Part shown: positions 1 through 12,927 of the stretch, piece after piece
Layout: every line of letters starts with the position of its first letter
Numbering within the stretch: position 1 is the stretch's first letter
From: Octopus vulgaris
Lineage: Eukaryota
NCBI GenBank assembly: GCA_951406725.2
Contig: OX597816.1
Coordinates: forward strand, 71,796,001-71,860,000
Length of the DNA: 64,000 bases
Direction: 5' to 3'
The notes under the pieces: generated by a model
Seen by the model: only the letters and a program-made list of their open reading frames with translations
Database searches by the model: none
Told to the model about the DNA's origin: nothing
Position numbers and translations under genes: made by a program

Positions 1-346
1 TTAAGGGGAAATGTTGTGATCTTGGCAACTTACATGCCATGGAAACCTGGCCACCGGCCCTATGACTCCTAGGTCCAAGGGATTTACGTTACGTATTCGA
101 TGTCGTCGATGTTTTCGTCATCGGTGCCGCTGCCACTGGCACCAATTCTGCTGCTACTATTGTTTTTGTAACCGTTTAACTGCTGATGTTCATGTGGTTT
201 TAGGCCCAGCAGTTTTCAGGTTCTCAAATTTACAAAGACCATGCTCCATCAAAATAATAATAATAACAATAATTGTATTGAGTTGCCTGCCATCTTTTTT
301 AAAGGAAAGTCACTCTAGAGTTGGCTCCCATGACAACAAAAACACA

Positions 347-383
<37 letters not shown>

Positions 384-514
384 ACATAGTCACGCACACA
401 TACATATATACATACGTACGTACGTACATACGTACATACATACATACATACATACATACATACATACATACATACATACATACATACATACATACATACA
501 TACATACATACTTA

Positions 515-768
515 TGTAGCGGTACACAGAGTTGGAAATTGTGTTGGCCGAATACAGAATGCGGAAAAAAGGACAAACCAAGATACACGGATCATTCGCA
601 GCCAATTGCCTCTTCAGTCAGAGTCCGGAATATCCACGTAGTTTCGCCCACTTATCTCTGATACTACTCGAAACCGGCTGGGCCAAGGACTCAAGCTAAA
701 AGCATTAACCCCCTGGGCAAGACAAACGAGTGTACATACACAAAAACAAATAAGTAAACAATAGAAAG
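515..768. mobile_element. Probable Penelope-like terminal-repeat fragment next to a (TACA)n tract
   Basis: Similar to 30331-30590 (ggaca.ac.aa...tcattcg.agcc...tcagtca..gt). Both copies abut microsatellites. Family assignment is by recall only. Confidence 0.35.
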
Positions 769-769
769 G

Positions 770-2300
770 GTTCCCTTGGAATATGCCTTTGCAATTCTGT
801 ATTCTGTCAATGATAATACAGTCACTCTTTATGTTTAATTTCAAGATGGTGACCCACGATAAAGTCAGATCAGCTATGGCTTTGACTATGTTCACTTGAA
901 CTTTAGCAAGTTGAAAGGCTTCTAACATCCATGAGTAGAGATCAGAGTCAAAGGCTTTCTTGTAGTCTAGCCACACTGAAACTAGGTTCCTCCTATGCTC
1001 TGGCACCTCTGACATCACGGTTTTGTTGATTAACAATTGCTCAGTACATTCCCAGACTCTCTTCTTCCCAGTTGCTTGTTCTGCTGTGATAATGTTATTG
1101 GTTTTACAATGGTCCTGGAAGAAGAGGTTTAAGCATGCTGTATATATCTTATACATTAAGTTCCGACATGCAATTGGCTGGTAGTTTTTTGCCATGTATG
1201 TGGTTCTGCATTTGCGGATCAATTTTGTCTCTGCCAGAGCTAATCAGTGTGGTATGTTTATGTTCCGATTGAGAGCTTGCAGGAACAGATTGATTAGATA
1301 TGATCGGTAGAATGTTAGCTTCTTATACCAATATCCAACAATCAAGTCTCTTCCATCATGAAGTTTCTGAATTACAGTTGCAAGAGTTTCGCCGTCAATG
1401 TTGTGTCTTGGGCGTAATGCAGGAGCAATAACTACTTCGTATATCTTCCTGCCACAGAGTATCTTGCTTAATCTCCTTCACTTCACTTCACTCCAGATTT
1501 TCCTCCAGAAGGCGTCTGTGTCTTCTCGTGAAGGAGCTTCTGTGATGTTCACTGCTCCTCCTCTCATGTCTCTGTAAACAGCTGCCTGGTTGCGGTTAAA
1601 TTTTCTGTTTATTGTTCTCTCGGTTATTCTCTTTTGATGTCGGAGTTTTTCACTGACAGCTTTTAGCTCCTGCTTGAGGGTAATCCGTTTGCAAATGAGT
1701 GTCCTCCTTTTGCTGTGTCCAAACATCATTTCTGTCTCCTTCTTTACTTTCTGTTGGTGAGACGTGTAATGATTTGCTTGTTTGCATGTAATAAGTATCA
1801 TTACATGACTGTTGGTCTTCCATAAACCAGTTATCTTTTTCTCTGTCTTCAAAATCCATGAAGTATCCAGAGCTTATAGACTGGCGTTAATCTCCCAGAA
1901 TGTGGATTCACCACAATGCTGTAAATAATCACCTCCAATTTCGTTAACAGCTTTTAATACCGCATCAGGCGGTTTTTTTTACTTACTTTGGTAGAGAATA
2001 CTTTCCCCTCAAGAAAGTACTTCAAAGCCAAAGTTATTTTTTCTCGGAAAATTTCAGTAAGGGTACATTTCACCAGTATATAATCCTGGCTACCACTATT
2101 ACTATAATAATCGTTGCGGTTGTGCCTGCTATTTACAATAGTTGTAATAAGGGAGCAGTGGTCAGTTACCTGAGCCAGTAGTGAAGTTTGGCTGGCAGGC
2201 ACCATGGAATATGTTGGAATGTCGCTAGCTGTGAAACCACGTTGTGGTCTTATATCATTCACGGTTTCGATTTTGTTTATAGAGTTGAGAAGAATTTTCG
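770..2300 (-). pseudogene. Decayed R4/Dong-clade non-LTR retrotransposon, N-terminal and RT region
   Basis: ORF 614..1222(-) has NYQPIAC..MYKIYT, EQ..GKK..CTEQLLINK, VWLDYKKAFDS and KGIFQG, typical R4/Dong RT motifs. ORF 1478..1852(-) has NRKFNRNQAAVYR..FWRKIW. Frameshifts and stops lie between the pieces. Confidence 0.85.
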
Positions 2301-2330
2301 ATTTTTTAATAAAGTTACAGTTACTAACCT

Positions 2331-2362
<32 letters not shown>

Positions 2363-2419
2363 TGTATGTATGTATGTATGTATGTATGTATGTATGTATG
2401 TATGTATGTACGTACGTAC

Positions 2420-2476
<57 letters not shown>

Positions 2477-2503
2477 TTATACTTGCATACCTATATGCAT
2501 ATA

Positions 2504-2890
2504 CTAGCAGTATCGCCCGGCGTTGCTCGGGTTTGTAAAGGAAATAACTATATAAGCATTTTTAGAGAGTTATAGCAAAAGAATAGCAAAAAAAAATGGA
2601 AAAAAAATTAAGGTAAATTTTTTTTTAAATCGTTGACACATCGTAGATATTTTTAGAGAGTTACTTCCCTTATATAATAGCGAAAAAATGCATTAAAATG
2701 GAAAAATATGATGGTAAATTTTTTTAAATCGTAGACTCATCGTAGACGCGCGCTAATACCCAGAAGGGCTCGATATGAATCACGACTATAAGATACCCGC
2801 TTTTGGTTTAACTGCACCGCAAAATGTGGGAGTAGTTACGAATCTAAATCGTAGGAGACAGACACACAACTTCACTTTTATATATAAAGA
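2504..2890 (-). mobile_element. Non-autonomous Helitron (copy 1)
   Basis: Minus strand starts TCTTTATATATAAAAG and ends with a GC hairpin (ccgagcaacgccggg) then CTAG, at an A|T site. Confidence 0.75.
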
Positions 2891-3654
2891 TATAAGCCAC
2901 GTAGTTATATACACATACTTTGTTATATACACATTCTTAAAAGAAAATGTTATTTTGAACACAACATTTATAAAGAATAAAATATTTTTTGGTTTTTCTT
3001 TTAAACGGATGCATACATTTATTAATAACTATATATAAGTGTCGTCTGTTTATACATAAACACTGTTTCATACTGCAATTATATATACATATATCTATAT
3101 ATAATATTACATAATAAAATATATACAGAATACGTGTATATATTTATGTATGTATAAATATATACTGAAAGAAGCTCGGCTCGCCAATTAATACTACCAA
3201 AATTTCAACCCCAATTAAGCAAAATTTAGAGAAAACTCACATTGTGGTGTGTAAATCAAGTGCTTTTCTCAGTGTGGGCTACAGCACACGCACACACACA
3301 CACACACACAAAAACGGAGCGATCTGCTTCACTCACGCTATCACCCTAATTTCTACTCCTTTCTCTTTGCAAGTGTGCAACGATTAAAGTGAAACTATTT
3401 CTATAAAACGAGAGAAGTGTACCTTAAACCACTACTCAAAAAAAAAAACAGCAAACAGAAACAAATAAATACATAACGATTTACTCCTCACACAATTTCT
3501 TCAATTAGAGTTTACCTATGATTTTTACAAGTACTTCAATTAGGTCATGCCATACAAAATTTCTTTCAATTTCACCCCCAATTAAGACAAAATTCGAGAA
3601 AACTCAATATTTTAACATTTCACTCCGAAAGCATTGATGTACATGTGTGCGTGC

Positions 3655-3689
<35 letters not shown>

Positions 3690-4392
3690 ATGGGATGTGC
3701 GACACAGAAAGTGTGGTGTGTAAATGAAGTGCTTTTGTTAGTGTGTGTAAAGAGACAGAGAGAGTACACATACCTACGTACACCTAAAGCACGCACACAC
3801 CCACACACAAGCGGAGCGCGAACTTCAAAAGAAATTCGCGCGCTATCTATCTGGTTTGCCATTCCTCACACACACGCATACACATACATATATGACAGTG
3901 ACAAACACAAACGTTTCAAACAACTACATACAAACACGTGTGTGTTTGTTATTAGTAAAAAAGGCACCAAACACAACTCACTTCTCATTCGAACACATTT
4001 GCAAAAACACACCGACGGTCGGATTGCCATAACAATACAGAAAAGGTAAATTGGTTTTTAATTTACTTTCTGTCGTTAAATTTTGGTAGTATTAATTGGC
4101 GAGCCGAGCTTCTTTCAGTATATATTTATACATACATAAATATATACACGTATTCTGTATATATTTTATTATATAATATTATATATAGATATATGTATAT
4201 ATAATTGCAGTATGAAACAGTGTTTATGTATAAACAGACGACACTTATATATAGTTATTAATAAATGTATGCATCCGTTTAAAAGAAAAACCAAAAAATA
4301 TTTTATTCTTTATAAATGTTGTGTTCAAAATAACATTTTCTTTTAAGAATGTGTATATAACAAAGTATGTGTATATAACTACGTGGCTTATA

Positions 4393-4787
4393 TCTTTATA
4401 TATAAAAGTGAAGTTGTGTGTCTGTCTCCTACGATTTAGATTCCTAACTACTCCCACATTTTGCGGTGCAGTTTAACCAAAAGCGGGTATCTTATAGTCG
4501 TGATTCATATCGAGCCCTTCTGGGTATTAGCGCGCGTCTACGATGAGTCTACGATTTAAAAAAATTTACCATCATATTTTTCTATTTTAATGCATTTTTT
4601 CGCTATTATATAAGGGAAGTAACTCTCTAAAAATATCTACGATGTGTTAACGATTTAAAAAAAAATTTACCTTAATTTTTTTCCATTTTTAATGCATTTT
4701 TTTGCTATTTTTTGGCTATAACTCTCTAAAAATGCTTATATAGTTATTTCCTTTACAAATCCGAGCAACGCCGGGCGATACTGCTAG
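4393..4787 (+). mobile_element. Non-autonomous Helitron (copy 2, inverted relative to copy 1)
   Basis: tctttatatataaaagtg...ccgagcaacgccgggcgatactgctag. Near-identical reverse complement of 2504-2890. Confidence 0.75.
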
Positions 4788-4788
4788 T

Positions 4789-5148
4789 ATATATATAAAC
4801 GGCAAAATGTCTGTGTGTGTATCCTTTATACAAATCCACAATTTTTCAGTTAGAGGACTCGCACTTTCTATGGTCATTCAAAACCGTCCAAGGGTGGTCG
4901 TGCACATCTTTACATTTCCCCAATCACCCCGCAAAGCCATTAAAAATATCAATTGAAGTAACATTTTTGTTAATTTTCTATCCAAAACCCAATTAAAATG
5001 CCCGAAACTTGATACGCCAATTGAATGCCAGCTAGCTGTATGTGATTGGTCGGAGATTTGGATAGTACTTGCGTTTATGTGCGCACGCACGCAGCTGTAT
5101 ATGCATGCACTAGCACTATGACCCGGCGTTGCCGGATCATAGTGCTAG
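4789..5148 (+). mobile_element. Second non-autonomous Helitron-like element with a palindromic 3' end
   Basis: Begins tatatataaacggc..tgtctgtgtgtg. Ends actagcactatga-cccggcgttgccgga-tcatagtgctagt. Confidence 0.55.
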
Positions 5149-5176
5149 TATATATATATATATATATATATATATG

Positions 5177-5261
<85 letters not shown>

Positions 5262-5694
5262 GAAGATATTGTTTAACTGATGAGGAATTGTGAAAACACA
5301 GTGTGCAAATTGAGCTATCCATTAAGGTGCTAACTTGATTTATGACTGCTTTATAGGTCCAGTTGGGTGGTGAAGAAGCCTTGATGCTTTCTGTAGGGAA
5401 TAGTTGATAGACTCACTGCCTCTTTTTCTTTTTCTCTTTGGACATGTATGGCATGGAAAATTAGGTGTTGACATTGTTATTCGGCATACATAACATGTGT
5501 GTGTATGTGTGCGTGTGTGTATGTGTGCGTGTGTGTATGTGTGCGTGTGTGTATCTTTTAATCACATACACATGTATGCATGTATGCATATATGTATGTA
5601 TGTGTGAATGTATGTGTATATATGTATATGTGTATGTATGTATGTATGTATGTATGTATACAGCTGTAAGTATTTGTATATATACACACCCACA

Positions 5695-6602
5695 TATTGT
5701 GTTGAGTCAAAAGTTTTGTAATATTTTGCTAACCTATTTGTTTTATTCGTCAAGTCACAACAGAAACAGCCTAGCATTCAAAGTAGAGGCCATCGTGTTG
5801 CGCCGTCTGAAACCACCTTTCTACCAGTTTTTATTTATTTATTTATTTTTATACCACGCTGATGTCAGTTATTGCCCTTCGAAGAGAATAATAACTCCTT
5901 CATTGAAGCGTCCACCTCCACTTGGTTGATGAAGAGTTGCGAGTTCAGGAAGGGAACCATGGTTCGGAAAAGTAATAATCGAAGGGAGCTAGGTCCAGAC
6001 TATATAGTGGTTGCGGCATCAGTTCGATTCCCTCACGTACCTTGAGTTTGTTCCGGGTCGTTCGAGCAGTATGAGGTCTAGTGTTGTCTTACTGCAGAAG
6101 AGCTCACTTTTCGTTAACAAATGCCGGGTATTTTTGCCGCAAAATGGCATACAACCGTGCCATGCTTTGCTTGCCTGATACTTTCTGAGTGCTACTCGCA
6201 GGATTTGCTTTTATAGCTTAGAATACGGCTTCGAAATCCATGGTTTCAGGTTTCCATGTTTGAGATTCTTCCGACTCGAGCAAAATTTCTCGTTTCATTT
6301 GATTTCTGTATCTAATCAACGTTTGCACAACAAATGTTTTTGCTTGCTTCCGTGGCGATGTGGTTCAGTTCAAACACGTAAAGTATAAGTTCCTGAATTA
6401 TATTGCGTTGCACGTTCGTTTGCGCAGCTTTCAAAACACATACGGAGTGTAGTATTGTACACCATGTCTGCGCACCAATTACTGCGATACTACCAACCTC
6501 AACGGGTTCCTTCCGCGTCTTCAACTGCTTCAACCACGTGATGTACATAACGCAAATTAGCACGAATGCAAATATTGCAAACGTTTTTACTCAGCTCAGT
6601 AT
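5695..6602 (-). mobile_element. Decayed mariner transposon with imperfect TIRs
   Basis: Minus strand has YSLDLAPFDY (YSPDLAPSDY motif) near 5975-6005 and an HTH-like LYVFELNHIATEASKNIC. TIR-like ends are tattgtgttgagtcaaaagttttgtaatatt and aatattgcaaacgtttttactcagctcagta. Confidence 0.75.
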
Positions 6603-6948
6603 ATCATCATCGTATGGACGTTAACGGGCGATGCTTATGCATACATACATACATACTGCTATACATACATGCATACATACATACATACATACATACATAC
6701 ATACATACATACATACATACATACATACATACATACATGCATGCATGCATACATACATACATACATGCATACATACATACATACATACATACATACATAC
6801 ATACATACATACATACATACATACATACATACATACATACACACACACACTCATACATATATACATATATATTTATATACAAGTGTATGTATGAGTATAC
6901 TTGTGTGTGTAATGTGTATGAAAGTATTTATGTATCTATACATATATA

Positions 6949-7180
6949 TCTATATATATAAAACTGAGAATGTGTGTCTGTCTATCTGTCTCTCTGTGTG
7001 AATCCCTAAAACTTGAGAACTACACAACCAATTTTACACATGCCTTACTTAGGACCCGGGGAGTGTCATGGGTAAAAGAAATTTTTAACTTCTTGCCTAG
7101 GGCGAGCCCACAGCAATATCACATCTCCACTATTTCAGTGTTAAAAGTGAAACAAAAGCATCTCTCTATTGTATGTACAT
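6949..7180 (+). mobile_element. Helitron-like 5' end preceding the satellite
   Basis: tctatatatataaaactgagaatgtgtgtctgtc...aaacttgagaacta. Repeated directly at 11580-11655. Confidence 0.55.
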
Positions 7181-10100
7181 GACTGGCTGGCCCAGTTTTG
7201 AATACCTGGCTGGCTCGGCCTTGGCTTGCTGGCTGGAAACTTGCCTAGGCTAGCTGGCTGGCCAGTCCTGGCTGCCTGACGGGCCCGGCCTTGGCTTGCT
7301 GGCTGGCTGGCTGGCCGGTTTGGGCTACCTGGCTGGCCCGGCCTTGGCTTGCTGGCTGGCCCGGCCTTGGCTTGCTGTCTGGCCTGACACTGGCTGGCTG
7401 GCTGGGCCGCTTTTGGATACCTGGCTGGCCCGGCCATTGTTGCTGGCTGAAACTGGCCAAGGCTGGCTGGCTGGACCTGTTTTGGATACCTTGCAGGTCC
7501 CGGATTGGCTTGTTGGCTGGAAACATGCTTACGCTGGCTAGCTGGCCGGTTCTTGGCTGCCTGGCTGCCTGGCTGGCCCGACCTTGGCTTGCTGGCTGGC
7601 CTGGACTTGGCTAGCTGGCTGGCTGGCCCGGCCTTGGCTTGCTAGCTCGAAACTAGACTAGGCTCTGGCTGGCCCTGTTTTTGATACCTGGTTTGCTGGC
7701 TGGCTGGATCTGTTTTGGATACCTTGCAGGTCCCGGATTGGTTTGCTGGCTGGAAATTTGCCTAGGCTGGCTGGCTGGCCGGTTCTTGGCTGCCTGGCTG
7801 CCCCGTCCTTGGCTTGCTGGCTGGCGTGGCCTTGGCTTGCTGGCTGGACAGGTGTGGCTGCCAGGCTGGCCCGGCCTTGGCTTGCTGGCTGGAAACATAG
7901 CTAGGCTGGCTGGCTAGTCTTGTTTTGGATACCTGGCTGGTCCTGGACTTGGCTTGCAGCCTGGAAACTTGTCTAGGCTGGCTGGCTGGCTGGCTGGCCG
8001 GTTCTTCGCTGCCTGGCCGGTTCTTCGCTGCCTGGCTGGCCCGGCCTTGGCTTGCTGACTTGCCTGGCCTTGGCTAGCTGGCAGACCCGCTTTGGATAGC
8101 TGGCTGCACGGCCATGGCTTGCTGGCTGGAAACGGGCCTAGGCTGGCTGGCTGGCTGGCCCTGTTGGGACACCTGGCTGGTCCTGAGCTTGGTTTGCTTG
8201 CTGGAAACATGCCTAGGCTGGCTGGCTGGCAGGTTCTTGGCTACCTGGCTGGCCCGTCCTTGGCTTGCTGGCTGGCGTAACCTTGGCTAGCTGGCTGGCC
8301 CTATTTTGGATACCTGGCTGGACTGGGCCTTGACCTGCTGGCTGCAAACTCGCCTAGACTGCCTGGGTGGCCCGAATTTGAATACTTGGCTGGTCCTGGG
8401 CTTGGCTTACTGGCTGGTCGGTTCTTGGCTGACTTGGCTTCCTGCATGGCCTGGGCTTGGCTGGCTGGTTGGCACGGTTTGGATATCTTGCTGGCTCGAT
8501 CTTAGCTTGCTGGTAGAAATCTATCCTAGGCTGGCTGGCCTGGCTAGCTGTCTGACCCGCTTTGGATTCCTGGCTGGCCCGGCCTTGGCTAGCTGGCTGA
8601 CTAGCTGGCCGGGACTTGGCTGCCTAGCTGGTCATGGGCTTGGTTTGCTGGCTGGAAACTTGCCTAGGCTGGCTACCTGACTGGTCCGGACTTGGCTTGC
8701 TGGCTGGCCTGGACTTGGCTGGCTTACCCATCCGGTTTGGATACCTGGCTTGCCCGGTCTTTGCTTACTGGCAGGAAACTTGCCAAGCTTGGGTGGCTGG
8801 CTGGCTGGCCGGTTCTTGTCTGCCTGCTGGCCCGGCCTTGGCTTGCTGGCTGGCCTGGCATTGGCTGGCTGGCTTGGCTGGCTGGCTTGGATACCTGGCT
8901 TGCTGGCCTTGCCTTGCTTGCTGGAAACTGGCCTAGGCTGTCTGACTTGCCCAGTTTCAGATACCTGGCTGCTCCTGGACTTGGCTTGCTGGCTGGAAAC
9001 TTGACTAGGAAGGCTGGCTAGCCGGTTTGGGCTGCATGGCTGGCCCAGCCTTGGCTTGCTGGCTGGAAACTGGCCTAGGCTGTCTGACTGCACATATTTG
9101 GACACCTGGCTTTCCTGGGTTCGGTTTGCTTGCTGGAAACTTGCCTGGGGGAGGGGGCTGTTCTTGGCCTGGCCTTGGTTGGCTAGCTGACTCGGTTTGG
9201 ATACCTGGCTGGCTGGCTGGATAGATGGATGGATGTATGTATGGATGGATTGATGGACGGATGAAATTCTCCTGAGTCACGATCATCGAGCTTCTGTTGT
9301 TAGGTTCGATGTGTATACGTGTGTGTGCATGTATATGTATGTATGTATTTATGGATGTATGGATGGATGGATGTATGTATGTATGTATGAATGGATGGAT
9401 GGATGGATGAATGGATGGATGGAATTCTCCTGAGCGGCGATCATCGAGCTTCTGTTGTTAGGTTCGACGTGTATTCGTGTGTGTGCATGTATATGTATGT
9501 ATGGATGGATGGATGGAAGGATGGAGGGATGCATGGATGGAGGGAGGGATGCATGGACGCATGAATGGATGGATGGATGGATGGATGGATGGATGGATGG
9601 GATGGATGAAATTCTCCTGAGCGGCGATCATCGAGCTTCTGTTGTTAGGTTCGGTGTGTATACGCGTGTGTGCATGTATATGTATGTATATAAATATGTA
9701 TGTATGTATTTATGTATGTATGTATGTGTGCATGTTTGTATGTATGTATGTATGAATGGATGGATGGATCGATGGATCGATGAAATTCTCCAGGGCGGCG
9801 ATCATCGAGCTTCACTTGTTAGGTTCGATGTGTATACGTATGTGTGCATATTTGTATGTATGTATGTATGTATGTATGTATGTATGTATGTATGTATGTA
9901 TGTATGTATGTATGTATGTATGAATGGATGGATGGATGGATGGATGGATGGATGAATACATGGATGGAAGGATGGAAGAATGGATGTGTGAATTCCTCCT
10001 GAGCGGTGATCATCGAGCCTCTGTTGTTAGGTTCGATGTGAATATGTGTGTGTGTGTGTGCATGTATCCAGGTTCTGTTGTTACGTTCGATGTGTATACG

Positions 10101-11566
10101 TGTGTGTTCATGTATATGTATGTATGTATGTATGTATGGATGGATGGATGGATGGATGGATGGATGGATGGATGGATGGATGGATGGAGGAAATTCTCCT
10201 GAGTGGCGATCATCGAGCTTCTGTTGTTAGGTTCGGTGTGTATACATGTGTATGCATCTGTATGTATATATGTATGTATGGTTGTATGTATGTATGTATG
10301 GATGGATGGATGGATGGATGGTGGAAACTGGCCTAGGCTGGCTAACTAGCTGGCCCTATTTTGGATACCTGACTGGCTGTCTAGCACGGTTAGGATACCT
10401 GGCTGGCTGGAAATTGGCCTGGGCTTGCTGGCTGGCCCGGCCTTGGCTTGCTGGCTGGAAACTGGCCTAGACTTCCTAGCTAGCCCGATTTTGGATACCT
10501 GGCTTGTCCTGGACTTTGCTTGCTGGCTGGAAACTCTCCTAGGCTGGCTGTCTTGTCGGTTCTTGGCTGCCTGGCTGGCCCGGCCTTGGCTTGCTGGCCT
10601 AGTCTTGGCTGGCTGGCTGGCCCGGTTTTGGATACCTTGCTGGCCCGGCCTTGGCTGGCTGGAAACTTGCCTAGGCTGGCTGGCTGGCTGATCCTGTGCT
10701 CGATTTGCTGGCTGGACTGTTCTTGGCTACCTAACTGCCCCGGCCTTGAATTGCTGGCTGGCGTGGCCTTGTCGGGCTGGCTGGAAACTTGCCTAGGCTG
10801 GTTGCTGGCCGGTTCTCGGCTGCCTGGCTGGCCCTGCCTTGGCTTGCTGGCTGGCGTGGCCTTGGCTGGCTGGCTATTTTTGGATACCTGGCTGGCCCGG
10901 CCTTGGTTTGCTGGCTGGAAACTGGCCTAGGCTGGTTAGCTGGCCGGTTCTTGGCTGCCTGGCTGGCCCGGCCTTGGCTTGCTGGCTGGCCTGGCCTTGG
11001 CTGACTGGCTGGCCCTGTTTTGGATACTTAGCTGGTCATGGACTTGGCTTGCTGGCTGGAAGCTTGCCTAGGCTGGCTGGCTGGCCTAGGCTGGCTGGCT
11101 GGCTAGCTGGCTGGCTGGCTAGCTGGCTGGCTGGCTAGCTGGCTGGCTGGCCCTGTTTGGATACCTGGCTGGTCTTGGGCTTGGTTTGCTGGCTGCAAAC
11201 TAGCCTAGGCTTGCTGGCTGACCCGGTTTTGGATACCTGGCTGGCCCGACCTTGGCTTGCTGGCTGGAAACTGGCCTGGGCTGGCTGGCTGGAAACTTGC
11301 CTAGGCCGGCTGGCTGGGCGGTTCTTGGCTGCCGGGCTGGCCCGGCTTTGGCTTGCTGGCTGACCTGTCCTTGGCTTGCTGGCTGGCCTGGTTATGATAC
11401 CTGTCTGGCCCGGCCTTGTCTTGCTGGCTACCTTGGCCTTGGCTGGCTGGCCTGGCTTTGGCTGGCTGGCTGTTTTTTGCTGTCTGGCCCGGCCTTGGCT
11501 TGCTGGCTGGAAACTGGCCTGACTGGCTGGCTGGCATGTTTTGGATATCTGGCTGGTCCTGGACTT
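7181..11566. repeat. Complex GGCT-based satellite/minisatellite array (about 4.4 kb including insert)
   Basis: (GGCT)n backbone with recurring modules ttttggatacctggctgg, cccggccttggcttgctggctgg, aaacttgcctaggctgg and ccggttcttggctgcc. Strongly A-poor on the + strand. Confidence 0.95.
9225..10322. repeat. Composite tandem array: conserved ~50-65 bp core + (TATG)n + (GATG)n, 6 full copies and 1 partial
   Basis: Core aaattctcctgagcggcgatcatcgagcttctgttgttaggttcgatgtgtatacg at about 9264, 9422, 9609, 9783, 9991 and 10191, with a partial copy at about 10073. Confidence 0.95.
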
Positions 11567-11579
11567 GTGTGTGTGTGTA

Positions 11580-11655
11580 TCTATATATACAAAACTGAGA
11601 ATGTGTCTGTCTGTCTGTGTGAATCCCTGAAACTTGAGAACTAGACAACCAATTT
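11580..11655 (+). mobile_element. Helitron-like 5' end (direct repeat of 6949-7035)
   Basis: tctatatatacaaaactgagaatgtgtctgtctgtctgtgtgaatccctgaaacttgagaactagacaaccaatttt. Confidence 0.55.
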
Positions 11656-11989
11656 TCTTTATATGTATGTATATGTATGTTTATGCATATGTATATGTAA
11701 TCAATCCATGTGAGAAAAACAGAGAAAAGTTAAAAAATAAATCAGAGAAAAACTGAAGTTGAAGAAAAAGAAAAATATGTACAGAACGATTTAGAAATCA
11801 ACTATTAATTGTCTTTCGTTTTTTCTTCCGTTTTTGCCTTCTTTCTTACTTCATTTCTTTCTCGTTTTCTTTCTTTCTTTCGTTCTTTCTATTTTCGCTT
11901 TAATTTGCTGTGACAGATTATACCGTCATCAGAAATAACCATTTTAATTGGAGATATTAGCAATTGTCTGACATAGCTAAGTAGGCTAC

Positions 11990-12140
11990 ACTTTCTCTCT
12001 CTCTCCCTCTCTCTCTCTATCTATCTATCTATCTATTTATCATCTATCTTTCTATCTTTCTATCTCTATCTCTCTCACCTCTCTTTCTTCTTCACTCTTA
12101 CTCTCTCACTTCCTCCCTCTCTCTGTTTCTCTACATCTGT

Positions 12141-12224
<84 letters not shown>

Positions 12225-12765
12225 TTTCCTTTTTCTTTATTCTTCTCTCAGCCACTTTTGAAATTTCTCTCTCTCTCTGTCACTCTGTCTCATCTCTCTC
12301 TCTCCCTCACTAAGTCTCTCTCTCTCTCACTCTCTCTTTCTCTCTCTGTTTTTTATCTCTATCTCTTTACATGTACTTTTTAGCTTTCTTTCACTGCCTC
12401 GTATAAAATTCCATCCCTCTCCCCTCTCTCTCTCTTGTCTCCTCTCTCTCTCTCTCTCTCTTTCTCCGCTGCCTTTATGTATCTCCTCCCATCGCCTCTC
12501 CCTCTCCTCCTCATCTTCTCCTCTCTCCCTCTTCTTTCTCACCACCTCTCTCTTCTCTCCACCTCTTTCTCCACCTAATTTTTCGTTTCCTTACCTCTTT
12601 ATATTTCTGACTATTATACGCTCATTCATTCCAGCCGCCCCACCTTGCCTCTCTTTCTCTCTCTCTATCTTCTTCTCCTTCCTCACTCCTCCTTCAAAAT
12701 TCTTCAGCCATCTCACTCTTTCTTTCTCTGTTTTCTTCTCTCGCTTCTCTCCCTCTTTCTTTTCA
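11990..12765. repeat. CT-rich low-complexity region with (TA)n
   Basis: Degenerate (CT)n and (CTAT)n, plus a long (TA)n at 12143-12222. Confidence 0.9.
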
Positions 12766-12859
12766 TCCAACCAATCCCTTGTTACACTATATACAAACGT
12801 ATATGTATACATACATGCAGACACGTATTATATACACGTATGTGTGTGTGTACACACAT

Positions 12860-12897
<38 letters not shown>

Positions 12898-12927
12898 ACA
12901 TATATACATACAGACATACATGAATAC

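Noticed and set aside
9225-10322. CRISPR-like repeat-spacer appearance
   Set aside because: The spacers are microsatellites of variable length, the repeats are too long, there are no cas genes and the context is eukaryotic.
7141-11648. Pro/Ala/Ser/Gln-rich (minus) or Trp/Leu/Ala/Gly-rich (plus) ORFs resembling a repetitive structural protein
   Set aside because: The repeat varies in 4 bp steps, and short ORFs occur in all six frames with constant frameshifts and stops.
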